A model generated the notes under the pieces. The model saw nothing but the letters and a program-made list of their open reading frames with translations. It was not told the origin of the DNA and searched no databases. From assembly GCF_009914755.1 (NCBI RefSeq), contig NC_060930.1: 64,000 bases of DNA; one strand, written 5' to 3'. Made by a program: the position numbers and the translations under genes. Source of the DNA: the human T2T-CHM13v2.0 reference genome, Homo sapiens. Of the stretch, positions 29,601 through 45,935 are shown piece by piece; position 1 is the first letter of the stretch; each line of letters opens with the position of its first letter.

Positions 29601-30217
29601 CACTTCTGATTGTCACTGTTCATACATGTGCCTCTGAACCAGGTAAGCTGATTATATAAAGTACAAATTAATTTTTTTCTTACATTTAAATCGTTGTAAT
29701 GTGTATAGATTTACAAATATATCACAACATAAAGCGCTATGTCAATAGTCAGCTGACATATAGGGATTATCTATTTATTAAGCAAAAATTAATTCATAAT
29801 TTACTATGGGTTTAATGTATATCTTCCTAGTTACCTGGGAGGATAAAGAATGGCAGAAGGTGGTAAGATAAGCATATATTTTTTACTCCCAAGATGAACA
29901 GTATGTTAATAAGTACTGTAGAAGCTCACTGAAATGGGAGATGAGTGGGTCTGTGAAAAGGTAAGATGTGAATACAAGTTTAAAAAATAGAGAGGAAGGG
30001 AGAAGAGGGTCAGAAGATGCAATATTTGCTGTTGAGACTAAACATGGTATGTTTGGGAGACCCTGGGGGGACGAGTTTGATTGGATAGGAAAGTTGGGCT
30101 GGGTAAAATGGGAGAGAAGTGGTTTCTGAAGATGTATGACCATAGAAAAAAATCTGAGGAGGCTGGATTTGTCCTGGAAAACATGATAAACCCAAGAGCC
30201 ACTTGCCCTGATAAAAG

Positions 30218-30219
<2 letters not shown>

Positions 30220-30305
<86 letters not shown>

Positions 30306-30312
30306 TCTGTGT
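30220..30312. repeat. (CT)n(GT)n compound microsatellite
   Basis: Direct reading. Confidence 0.95.
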
Positions 30313-30369
30313 AGGGGAAGAGAATTAAAATTTGTTGATTACCAATATATGTTAAGTATGGTTCTAAGT

Positions 30370-31048
30370 TGATATTTTTTCATGTTTGTCCCCTCCAATT
30401 CTCATGTTGAAATGTGATCCCCAGTGTTGGAGATGGGGCCTGGTGGGAGGTGTTTGAATACTGGGGGCAGATCCCTCATGAATGCCTTGGTGCCTTCCCA
30501 GGGGGTAATGAGTGAGTTCTGGCTCCATTAATTCACACAAGAGCTGGTTGTTTATTCATTTTTTTGTTTAAAAGAATAGTTTAACTTTTATTTTAGGGTC
30601 AGGGGCACATGCGCAGTTTGTTATATGGGTGAACTCGTGACTCAGCGGAGTGGTATATAAATTATTTCATCATCCAGGTACTAAGCATAGTATCTGAGTT
30701 TTCTTTTTCTGAACCTCTCCTTCTTCCCACTCTCCTTCAAGTAGGCCCTAGTGTCAAGTGTTCCCCTCTTTCTGTCCATGTGTTCTCATTATTTAGAGAG
30801 CTGGTTGTTTAAAAGAGCCTGGCACATCCTTTCCTCTCTATTGCTCCCTTTCTCCTCATGTGACACACTTGCTCCCCCTTCACCCTCCACCCAGATTGTA
30901 AGCTTCCTGGGGCCCTCACCAGAAGCAGATACCAGCACTATACCTCTTATACAGTCTGCAGAACTGTGAGCCAAAATAAATATTTTTTTCTTTATAAATT
31001 ACCCAGTCTCAAGTGTTCCTTTATAACAATGCAAAATAGATGAATACA
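30370..31048 (+). mobile_element. MST-family MaLR solo LTR interrupted by an L1 fragment
   Basis: tga...ctcatgttgaaatgtgatccccagtgttgg start, gaactgtgagcc..aataaa..aataca end; 5-bp TSD taagt at 30365-69 and 31049-53. Confidence 0.9.
30555..30796 (-). mobile_element. Short L1P 3'UTR fragment nested in the MST LTR
   Basis: L1 3'UTR similarity; 15-bp TSD agagctggttgttta at 30540-30554 and 30797-30811. Confidence 0.85.
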
Positions 31049-31599
31049 TAAGTGTTTCACATATGTTATCTTATTAATTATTGTAATGATGAATATGAAG
31101 GAAGTATAATCATTCCAGTTTTTATGTAAATGTTGAGGCTGAAAGACTCATATTCCTCCTCTAAAACCATTCAACAAGTAAGTTTTAGAACCAGAAGCTG
31201 AATAATGGACTACTTGGGACCAGTGTCCAAGGTCTTTGGGTAAACCTTATGGAAGGAATGTGTGACTCATAGTTTAAATATTATGGCTCACTAATTTGTA
31301 CAACATTTCAGTTAGAACATACAGGCAGATATTTGATTTAACTAATAACTTAGTATGGGCCACATAGCATCTGCTTGCCAGTATTAATGTAGCTGTGGCT
31401 CATTAAGGTCAAGGAAAAGAAGGATGGCCCTTTAAATGGTCCCAAATTGTTTTTAATTTGCACTATCATCTCTTGACATTAAATGCTTTTAAATTTTTTC
31501 TTCTAGCAGTTTATTGTCACTCTAGTTATTATGAAACATTCAGGACAGACAGACTGATATTCAAGTATTGTTGTATGGGTGACTTTCTTTCTATCATAT

Positions 31600-32000
31600 T
31601 TGGGTACCATGGCAGCTTGGAGAATATACCTGTCAGACCTCCTAATAGAAGGTGGTAATTGACCAATGGCTGCTGAAGCTGAATTTTAAATTTCTGTGCC
31701 ATGTGTGCTGTGAGGCCTCACCTTGCACAGGCTGCTCCCTGCCAAAGACTGCATGCTGCAGGATGCTAAGGTTTCAGGAAGACACTGGGATTTCTTTGTC
31801 AAATAACTGCCTGAATCACTTGCCTAGGGTTTTGGCCAATCTTTCTGAGACCATGGGCAGGAGGGTCTACATTGCTTCCACCAGCCATCTCTGGTGTTCC
31901 TCCCCTCAAGTTCTGATGATTTCCCTGACCCTTTCCAACTCTTTCCCCATTTCCTTTTGCACATGTATTTTCCTTAATAAAATTCTTGCATGTTTAATCA
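31600..32000 (+). mobile_element. LTR16-family solo LTR, degenerate
   Basis: gtaattgacc..tgaggcc..gctgctccc..ccttaataaaattcttgcatgtttaatc motifs. Confidence 0.55.
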
Positions 32001-33859
32001 ATGACTCATTTTCTCAAACATCTAAAATGGGGAGAATAAAAATAAACACAATAAATAAAAATAAGAAATGGGTAAGTTGATTAGAATAAAGTTCCCATAA
32101 GAATATGTTAGAAGATATTTAAGAGTAAAGTTTTTTCTTGGTTCGTACATGGATCACTTACTTTTGAAAAATTATGTTGTAGCACTAAAAAATTCAAAAA
32201 AAGAAAAAATGTCTATGATCTCATAATCATAACATTTATTTTCATTTTTCCATATAACTTATTAGCCCTTGAGTACATATATGTGTATTTTATGTAATTG
32301 TAACTAATGTGTGCATACCACTTTATTGTTTGATTTTCCACATGTCCACATAGTTTGAATATCTTTTTAATGACTTTTTGATATCACAATAGTTCAAAAT
32401 TTTGTCATATTATTTTCCTATCATGAACTTTCATATTGTTTCCAATTCCTTTGTGCTATTATAAATATTCTGCTATGCTCACTCTTAAAACATTTTGGTT
32501 ATGTTGAAACTTTTCCAGAGTGTAAATTCTTGAGAAAGAGTTTACAGAGCTAAGGGAGATAATAATCTTTATCTCACGTCCTGTATTTGGCTATTTTCTT
32601 TTCCAAAACTGTGGCACCATGCCACCAAAAGAAAATGAGAATTCCAAATTCAGCTTAACCTCACCAGCACTGAATGTTGGGCATTATATAAGGTTTTCTC
32701 ATCTGTTACATTTTTTTAAAATACTGTAAGGTTTCTTTAGCTTGTAATTAATTGTTAACAAAGATGGATATTTTCCATTGATATATGTTCTAAAGTAAGA
32801 AGAAAAACATACATCTAATTAAATCAAAATCAATATCAGTGTATTGACTCAATTGTTAATCAACTAGGAATACATATTTTTTCCCTTTCATTGTAGGAAT
32901 ATTTACTTTGAGGTTTTAAAGAAGTAATTTGTCTCCTCAAAGTCAAGTAGCTATTCCTTTTTAATTTCATAACACCATGACAAAGCAACAGGTTCATTCT
33001 GTAACAGCAGGTAGAATGCATGAACATTGTAGATAACTTTATTTAGCATTATTTGTTTATCATCTTTTTACCCTAGGAAAACAATAACAGAAATCAGAAG
33101 GTCACGTAGAGGTTATATAATGGAATCTCATTCTCCTCCATGCATATTTACAATTCTGGGACCAAATAAGAACATGTCAGCAGGGTAGCTCCCTTTGAAG
33201 TAAGGGCAGGCAAGACTGAGAATTCCAAGTGGGCATCTGAGCCTCATTCACTGAGACACATGCTGCCTTCTTTCAGAGAGATGTTGGCTCATTTGTTCTG
33301 GCACCTGGAAGGTAATTTTCACCTTTTCTCTTGAGAGTGAAAAAGCACTGGAGAAGAATTAAGGAAGGGAAAGTTTTGGATTGTTCTTTTTGAAAATTCT
33401 ATCAGGGATTTTCCTGGAATTTCTTTTTTTTAAAAAAATAAAATTAATCCCACAGCTAGAACTACTTCTAAAATAAGTTTTCTAAAACTTATTTTTTTAA
33501 CAAACTTTCTAAACTTATTAAACTTTCTAAAACTTATTTTTTAACAAACTATTAAGACTTATTGTTTTATTGTTTATTATTAAGACATTGTTTTAACAAA
33601 CTAACTGAAATAAGTCTTCCCAAAATCATATAATCACTGAAATGTTTCCTCATGAGAGAATTTATTGCTCCTTCCTCTATTCTCCAAAAGCATTTTGCAT
33701 AAACTTTATTTATTTCATGCTACCTCATTGTACGTATTGTTTAATTTTTGTATTCCTCATTCTCCCTTTTAGAATGAAAGCTCTTAGTAGGAAAGCCTCA
33801 GTTAATATTTCATTCCACGAAACTTCTAATAAACTAACATTCAGAGGATGCATCACAAA

Positions 33860-34050
33860 TGGCAGGAGTACCATTTCACATGCTTTACATCATTTAATCC
33901 ATACAACAACTCCATTAAATAGTTACTATTCTCTCCAGTTTACTGATGAGGAAGTTAAGACTTGAGGAGGTTAAGTAACCTGCCCAGGGATGCACAGTTA
34001 TTTTGCGGCAGAGCTGGAATTCAAATCGGATCTGTCTGACTCCGAGCTTA
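33860..34050 (-). mobile_element. MIR (target of the full-length L1 insertion)
   Basis: catttaatcc..gatgaggaa..gaggttaagtaacctgcccaggg..gagctggaattcaaa..gtctgactcc core. Confidence 0.8.
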
Positions 34051-34378
34051 AATTCTTTGTATTTTTTAATTTTTTTTCTCTGTTGATTCTTTAATTAACA
34101 TGAGCCGGACACTTTCCACTGTCTTCTTGGCACTTTCAGGATTTCTTATTTTTTTTTCTTTTTTTTTTTTTTTATTATACTTTAAGTTTTAGGGTACATA
34201 TGCACAATGTGCAGGTTTGTTACATATGTATACATGTGCCATGTTGGTGTGCTGCACCCATTAACTTGTCTTTTAACATTAGGTATATCTCCTAATGCTA
34301 TCCCTCCCCCCTCCCCCCACCCCACAACAGGCCCCTGGGTGTGATGTTCCCTTTCCTGTGTCCATGTGTTCTCATTGT

Positions 34379-38203
<3,825 letters not shown>

Positions 38204-38266
38204 TATGATGTTAGCTGGTTATTTTGCTCATTAGTCGATGCAGTTTCTTCCTAGCCTCGAAGGTCT

Positions 38267-39283
38267 TTACAATTTGGCATGTTTTTGCAGTGGCTGGTAC
38301 CGGTTTTTTCTTTCCATGTTTAGTGCTTCCTTCAAGAGCTCTTGTAGGGCAGGCCTGGTGGTGACAAAATCTCTCAGCATTTGCTTGTCTGTAAAGGATT
38401 TTATTTCTCCTTCACTTATGAAGCTTAATTTGGCTGGATATGAAATTCTGGGTTGAAAATTCTTTTCTTTAAGAATGTTGAATATTGGCCCCCACTCTCT
38501 TCTGGCTTGTAGAGTTTCTGCCAAGAGATCCACTGTTAGTCTGATGGGCTTCCCTTTGTGGGTAACCTGACCTTTCTCTCTGGCTGCCCTTAACATTTTT
38601 TCCTTCATTTCAACTTTGGTGAATCTGACAATTATGTGTCTTGGAGTTGCTCTTCTCGAGGAGTATCTTTGCGGCGTTCTCTGTATTTCCTGAATTTGAA
38701 TGTTGGCCTGCCTTGCTAGATTGGGGAAGTTCTCCTGGATAATATCCTGCAGAGTGTTTTCCAACTTAGTTCCAATCTCCCCGTCACTTTCAGGTACACC
38801 AATCAGACATAGATTTGGTCTTTTCACATAGTCCCATATTTCTTGGAGGCTTTGTTCATTTCTTTTTATTCATTTTTCTCTAAACTTCTCTTCTCACTTC
38901 ATTTCATTCATTTGATCTTCCTTCGCTGATACCCTTTCTTCCAGTTGATCAAATTGGCTACTGAGGCTTTTGCATTCATCACATAGTTCTCATGCCATGG
39001 TTTTCAGCTCCATCAGGTCCTTTAAGGACTTCTCTGCATTGGCTATTCTAGTTAGCCATTCATCTAATCTTTTTTCAAGGTTTTTAACTTCTTTGCCATG
39101 GATTTGAACTTCCTCCTTTAGCTTGGAGTAGTTTGATCATCTGAAGCCTTCTTCTCTCAACTCATCAAAGTCATTCTCTGTCCAGCTTTGTTCCGTGGCT
39201 GGTGAGGAGCTGCATTCCTTTGGAGGAGGAGAGGCACTCTGATTTTTAGAATTTTCAGATTTTCTGCTCTGTTTTTTCCCCAT
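38267..39283 (-). pseudogene. L1 ORF1 (RNA-binding chaperone), disrupted by nonsense codons
   Basis: ATG at 39283; the 1017-nt span matches a canonical 338-aa ORF1; in-frame TGA at 38870-38872; C-terminal 186 aa open. Confidence 0.93.
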
Positions 39284-40304
39284 CTTTTTGATTTTATCTA
39301 CCTTTGGTCTTTGATGATGGTGACGTACAGATGGGGTTTTGGTGTGGATGTCCTTTCTGTTTGTTAGTTTTCCTTCTAACAGTCAGGACCCTCAGCTGCA
39401 GGTCTGTTGGAGTTTGCCTGAGGTCCACTCCAGACCCTGTTTGCCTGGGTATCTGCAGCAGAGGCTGCAGAACAGCGGATATTGGTGAACAGCAAATGTT
39501 GCTGCCTGATCATTCCTCTGGAAGTTTTGTCTCAGAGGAGTACCCGGCCATGTGAGGTGTCAGTCTGCCCCTACTGGGGGATGCCTCCGAGTTAGGCTAC
39601 TCGGGGGTCAGGGACCCACTTGAGGAGGCAGTCTGTCCATTCTCAGATCTCAAGCTGCATGCTGGGAGAACCACTACTCTCTTCAAAGCTGTCAGACAGG
39701 GACATTTAAGTCTGCAGAGGTTTCTGCTGCCTTTTGTTTGGCTATGCCCTGCCCCCAGAGGTGGAGTCTACACAGGCAGGCAGGCCTCCTTGAGCTGCAG
39801 TGGGCTCCACCCAGTTCGAGCTTCTGGGCCGCTTTGTTTACCTACTCAAGCCTCAGCAATGGCAGGCGCCCCTCCCCCAGCCTCGCTGCAGCCTTGCAGT
39901 TAGATCTCAGACTACTGTGCTAGCGATGAGTGAGGCTCTGTGGACGTAGGACCCTCCAAGCCATGTGCGGGATATAATCTCCTGGTGTGCCGTTTGCTAA
40001 GACTGTTGGAAAAGCACAGTATTAGGGTGGGAGTGACCTGATTTTCCAGGTGCCGTCCATCACCCCTTTCCTTGGCTAGGAAAGGGAATTCCTCAACCCC
40101 TTGCACTTCCCGGGTGAGGCGATGCCTCACCCTGCTTTGGCTCAGGCTTGGTGCACTGCACCCACTGTCCTGCACCCAGTGTCCGACAATCCCCAGTGAG
40201 ATACACCTGGTACTTCAGTTGGAAATGCAGAAATCATTTGTCTTCTGCATCGCTCTTGCTGGGAGCTGTAGACTGGAGCTGTTCCTATTTGGCCATCTTG
40301 GCTC
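39284..40304 (-). promoter_or_regulatory. L1 5'UTR (sense and antisense promoters, YY1 site)
   Basis: YY1 motif AAGATGGCC at 40291-40299 (minus strand); ORF0 ATG at 39859 on the plus strand. Confidence 0.85.
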
Positions 40305-40884
40305 TTAAATTCTTTATTACAACAGATGACGGTATTACCTTTTTTTTTTTAAGCCTGGGGAAAGTTTTTGGCCCGTGGATATGAGACTCTTTCAAATGTC
40401 TGAATTATCAGGACTTTAGCGTAATGAAATATAGTAGTCTGCTTCTACCACCCTATAGAAATGGAAGGTTTTTATGTCTGGATGCCAATTCCAATGACCA
40501 TTTTTTAATGTTCATCTTATGAAGGTAGGATCATATTGTAGAAAGAACATGACTTTAGAGTCAGTCTAACCTGGGCTCTAATACCCACCCCATAATTTTA
40601 TAGCTGTGTCATCTTTGATAAACTACATTATATGGTGGTACCTCCGTGTTTTCATCTGAAACATAAGGATATAATACCAACCCTAGGGCTTTTATGAAAA
40701 TCAAATAAGATCATTTTAGATTGTAAATCTATGAGTGGGGCAGCATATTTATTTTTCACTGTCATATGTCCTGTGACGTAGCCAGTACCTCACACAGTAC
40801 TGTGAACATAGTCCTCAGTAACCATCTGTTGAATAAATGAATTAGCTTACATAACACCTTACATATAGAAGATGCTCAGTTTCA

Positions 40885-41255
<371 letters not shown>

Positions 41256-41628
41256 TTAGCATTGCCTCCTTGAAACTCTGTTTTCTTGCCTTTTGGGGCA
41301 GCATGTTTACTTTAGAACTTCTATAATGCTTTGTGTTAATTGTCCATTTTCTAAGTCTTTGTACTCTCATGAAGTGTATCTTTGACTCTCATCTTTTTTC
41401 ATCCTAACTTGCAGCCTTGAGCAGAACTATATTGCCAGTTAAATGTGAGAAGTGAAGATGAGAACTCAAGAAGGGTTCTCAGCTTCCAGTCCTGTTGTCT
41501 GGGTGTACAGGGGCTGGTACTGGCAATCACAGACAGAGGGATTTCAGTTATATGCAGGGTGTGAGTTGTGTGACTATTAAAGTAGGCTATGCACAGTGTG
41601 AACAGAGCCTGGACAGAGGTGCTTAAAA

Positions 41629-41667
<39 letters not shown>

Positions 41668-41918
41668 GAATGAAGTGGTAGGTAGAGCAGACATTTGGAA
41701 GAACCAACAAGATATGGTATTAGAGGTTGGAAGGCAAGGAAAAGAGAAGAATGAAGTTTTTAGGTAAGGTAACCAGAGAAGTAGAGGTATGTTAAGAGAA
41801 ACAGAAAAATCGTAAGTTACTAATTTTCAGAAAATGTTGATGAAATTCTGTTTTTTATGTGTTAGATTACAAGAGTAATTATAAAAAGTCATTATTGTAC
41901 AGAGCAGAAATACAATTA

Positions 41919-42131
41919 CAGTCAGCCCTCTATATCGGCGGATTCTGCATTCTCAAATTTAACTACAGATTGAAAATATAGTATCCATAGGATATGGAAC
42001 CCACAGATAAGGAGGGCTGACATTTTGTATCCACAGGTTCCACAGGGCTGACTGCAGGACTTGAACATATGAGGATTTGATATCTATGAGGTTCCTGGAA
42101 CCAATCCCCTACTGATCCCTAGAGATGACGG
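41919..42131 (-). mobile_element. MER2/MER8-like Tigger MITE
   Basis: ta|cagtcagccctc...ctggaaccaatcccc...gatgacgg|ta. Confidence 0.7.
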
Positions 42132-42306
42132 TATTCATGTATGGGCTGCTGAGATGTTTTCTTCTAACTAAATGCACCTCAAATACCTTGTTTTTTGTTT
42201 TCATGTCTAGTTTTATAATCTTAGTGCAACTATTCAATATTGTCAGTTACTTTTTCTATTGCCAGATTCTATCAATGAATTATTTTTTTATATTCAATAT
42301 TTTTAA

Positions 42307-42600
<294 letters not shown>

Positions 42601-42602
42601 AT

Positions 42603-42843
42603 TTTTTTTTAATACTTTAAGCTCTAGGGTACATGTGCACAATGTGCAGGTTTGTTACATATGTATACATGTGCCAAGTTGGTTTGCTGCACCCATTAAC
42701 TTGTCATTTACATTAGGTATTCCTCCTAATGCTATCCTTCCCCCATCCCCCCACCCCATGACAGGCCCTGGTGTGTGATGTTCCCCACCCTGTGTCCAAG
42801 TGTTCTCATTGTTCAATTCCCGCCTATGAATGAGAACATGCGG
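42603..42843 (-). mobile_element. Short L1PA5/6-like 3' end inserted at the 5' end of the AluJ
   Basis: L1 3'UTR; TSD ga(a/g)gcaccat at 42593-42602 and 42844-42853. Confidence 0.9.
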
Positions 42844-42984
42844 GAGGCACCATATTTTATATTATTTATTGAGTGGATCACTATGTACTAGGCATTATGC
42901 TGAACGTTTTCATGCATGAAGTCATTTAATCTTCAGAGAATCTCTGTGTCATAGATGGCTGTATTTGTCATTTATTGCTTTGTA

Positions 42985-44032
<1,048 letters not shown>

Positions 44033-45648
44033 TGAGAAAACTGAAACACACAGAGAGAAGTAACTTTTAGCTGAATTACACAAAAGGTGGGTCTGACTCT
44101 AGAGTCTCAATTCTTGATGGCTATACTATACTGTTATCATAAATACATTGTGTGCTAAGAAATCATATAGCCTATTTGTTAGAGAAATTCAAAAATACTA
44201 TTTGTAGCTCCCTTTGAAGACTTATGGAGTTAAGCATGTAAGTTTTTTGTTTATTTGTTTTATATCAGGCTATTGCAGAGACACACAGAAAACTTTTTGT
44301 TATTGTTGATCATGGTGTTGTGTATTTTAGCTTACATTTGACTTGGGTTTCAAGTGTTAAACTTCCAGATAACCATGATGTTTTATAACTATAATTATAA
44401 AACAAAGAATAAAAAAACATTGAATCAACATTCCTGTTTATTGACTTTAGGGTCCTGAGTACAATGAGAAAAAGAATATAGCTCCATAAAATTACCCTAG
44501 AAGGGACAAAGAAAGATCCAAGAAAATTCCAATATGAAATCTAAATAAACATTAAAGCCAGAGTTGTGTTAAATGTGTGAGAGGGAGGAGGAAAAATTGT
44601 GCAAACTAATGTATATTAATGCTTACCTTTAACTTTCCAATCAAGCAATATATTGTGATAGCAAATGTTACATGTTTGATAAAATTAAATGTGTTTAATT
44701 CCTTTAGAAAGCTTTGCTTACTATTCAGCAATCAGATTTCATTCATGTAGAAGGTCTGGTCAGCTTACGTGATGAGAAGGTCATCTGCTACAACCTAGTT
44801 AGGAGGACTTGGACAGTAGTTAACGAACAAATACCATATCACTGTGTCCCTGGAGTTCTGCTGTACAAGACAAATGATGCTTTTTCAAGAGGAAGTTGAG
44901 ACTGTAATTTCTCCAATGTGTAACAGATCTTTGCATCTACTTAGCAGTTAAGGAGCCTGAAGTGATTTTAAAATACTTTGAAGTTTTCAAGAAAGCATTT
45001 AGACTCATTTCTTTTATCACTGTTTCGTCTGCTCTATGGGACACGCATACTATGAGAGACTCAATGGCAAAAGAAAATTCTGTGGAATAAGTTTGTGAAT
45101 AAATAAACCTGTGAAAAAAAGAACAATCTGTTAAACATAGACCTGAGCCAACAGATGCAAGAGAATGGATTTGTGCTACTGTGGTTGTGACCACACAATC
45201 TCTCTCAAATGAGCCTCCCAGGGAAGTGGCCATGAGGTGGGAAACCTTTATCTAAGCTCTGATGCAAGGAGGTGAGCTTGTCTCTCCATGCCCTATACCT
45301 TGTCTTCTCTTATCTTACTGTTCTTGTTGTGGGAATTATACCAAGCAAACCATACCCTGATCCCAAGAAAGGAAGAAAAGCAACTCCATCTCCCTCTCTT
45401 TGTTTTTCTCCTTTGATGCCAGCAGTCAGGTTTGGGTAGGCTGTGTTTTGCCTTCTTTGCCCAAATGACAGCCTTGAAATTGTTAAAATTGCATGTAACT
45501 TTCTCCTTAGTTTCAGGGTGAGATGCTCATAGATGACTGAGAGACGTAAGTATGTAAATAACGAAATATTGTAAGATGTGATAAATGCTATGCAGATGTA
45601 TAAAGTGCTAAGAGAATGCACAGAAATTAATGACCCCAAATGGAACAA

Positions 45649-45935
45649 TGTGCTGGATATTCACACTTTGCCCCTTTCAGATCCACTCTTCATCCTCCCC
45701 TTCTCCACCCCTCTGCCTTGCTTTGTGCACTTGTAAACCGAAGCAGACTTCTATGGACTTTACAGCAGGCTTCTCTTGCTCTCCGTTGCTTCTGCTTGAG
45801 TTTGGCCAATGGAAAGCACCATTCCTTGCTAGTTACCCTTAACTCTGCCTGCATCTTAGTGAATAGTCCCTTTATTGCATTCTTCTTAATTACACCTGCT
45901 GAGTGTGTCATCTCCTCCCTACTGAATCCCTGACT
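45649..45935 (+). mobile_element. LTR33-like ERVL solo LTR, internally deleted
   Basis: tgtgctggat..cagatccactc..tttggccaatgg..aatagtccctttatt..gagtgtgtcatc..ccctgact. Confidence 0.65.

Noticed and set aside
31652-32080. 142-aa ORF
   Set aside because: Lies largely in a decayed LTR16-like element, has a GTG start and no domain similarity.
33471-33618. CRISPR-like repeat-spacer array
   Set aside because: Eukaryotic context, irregular units and no unique spacers.
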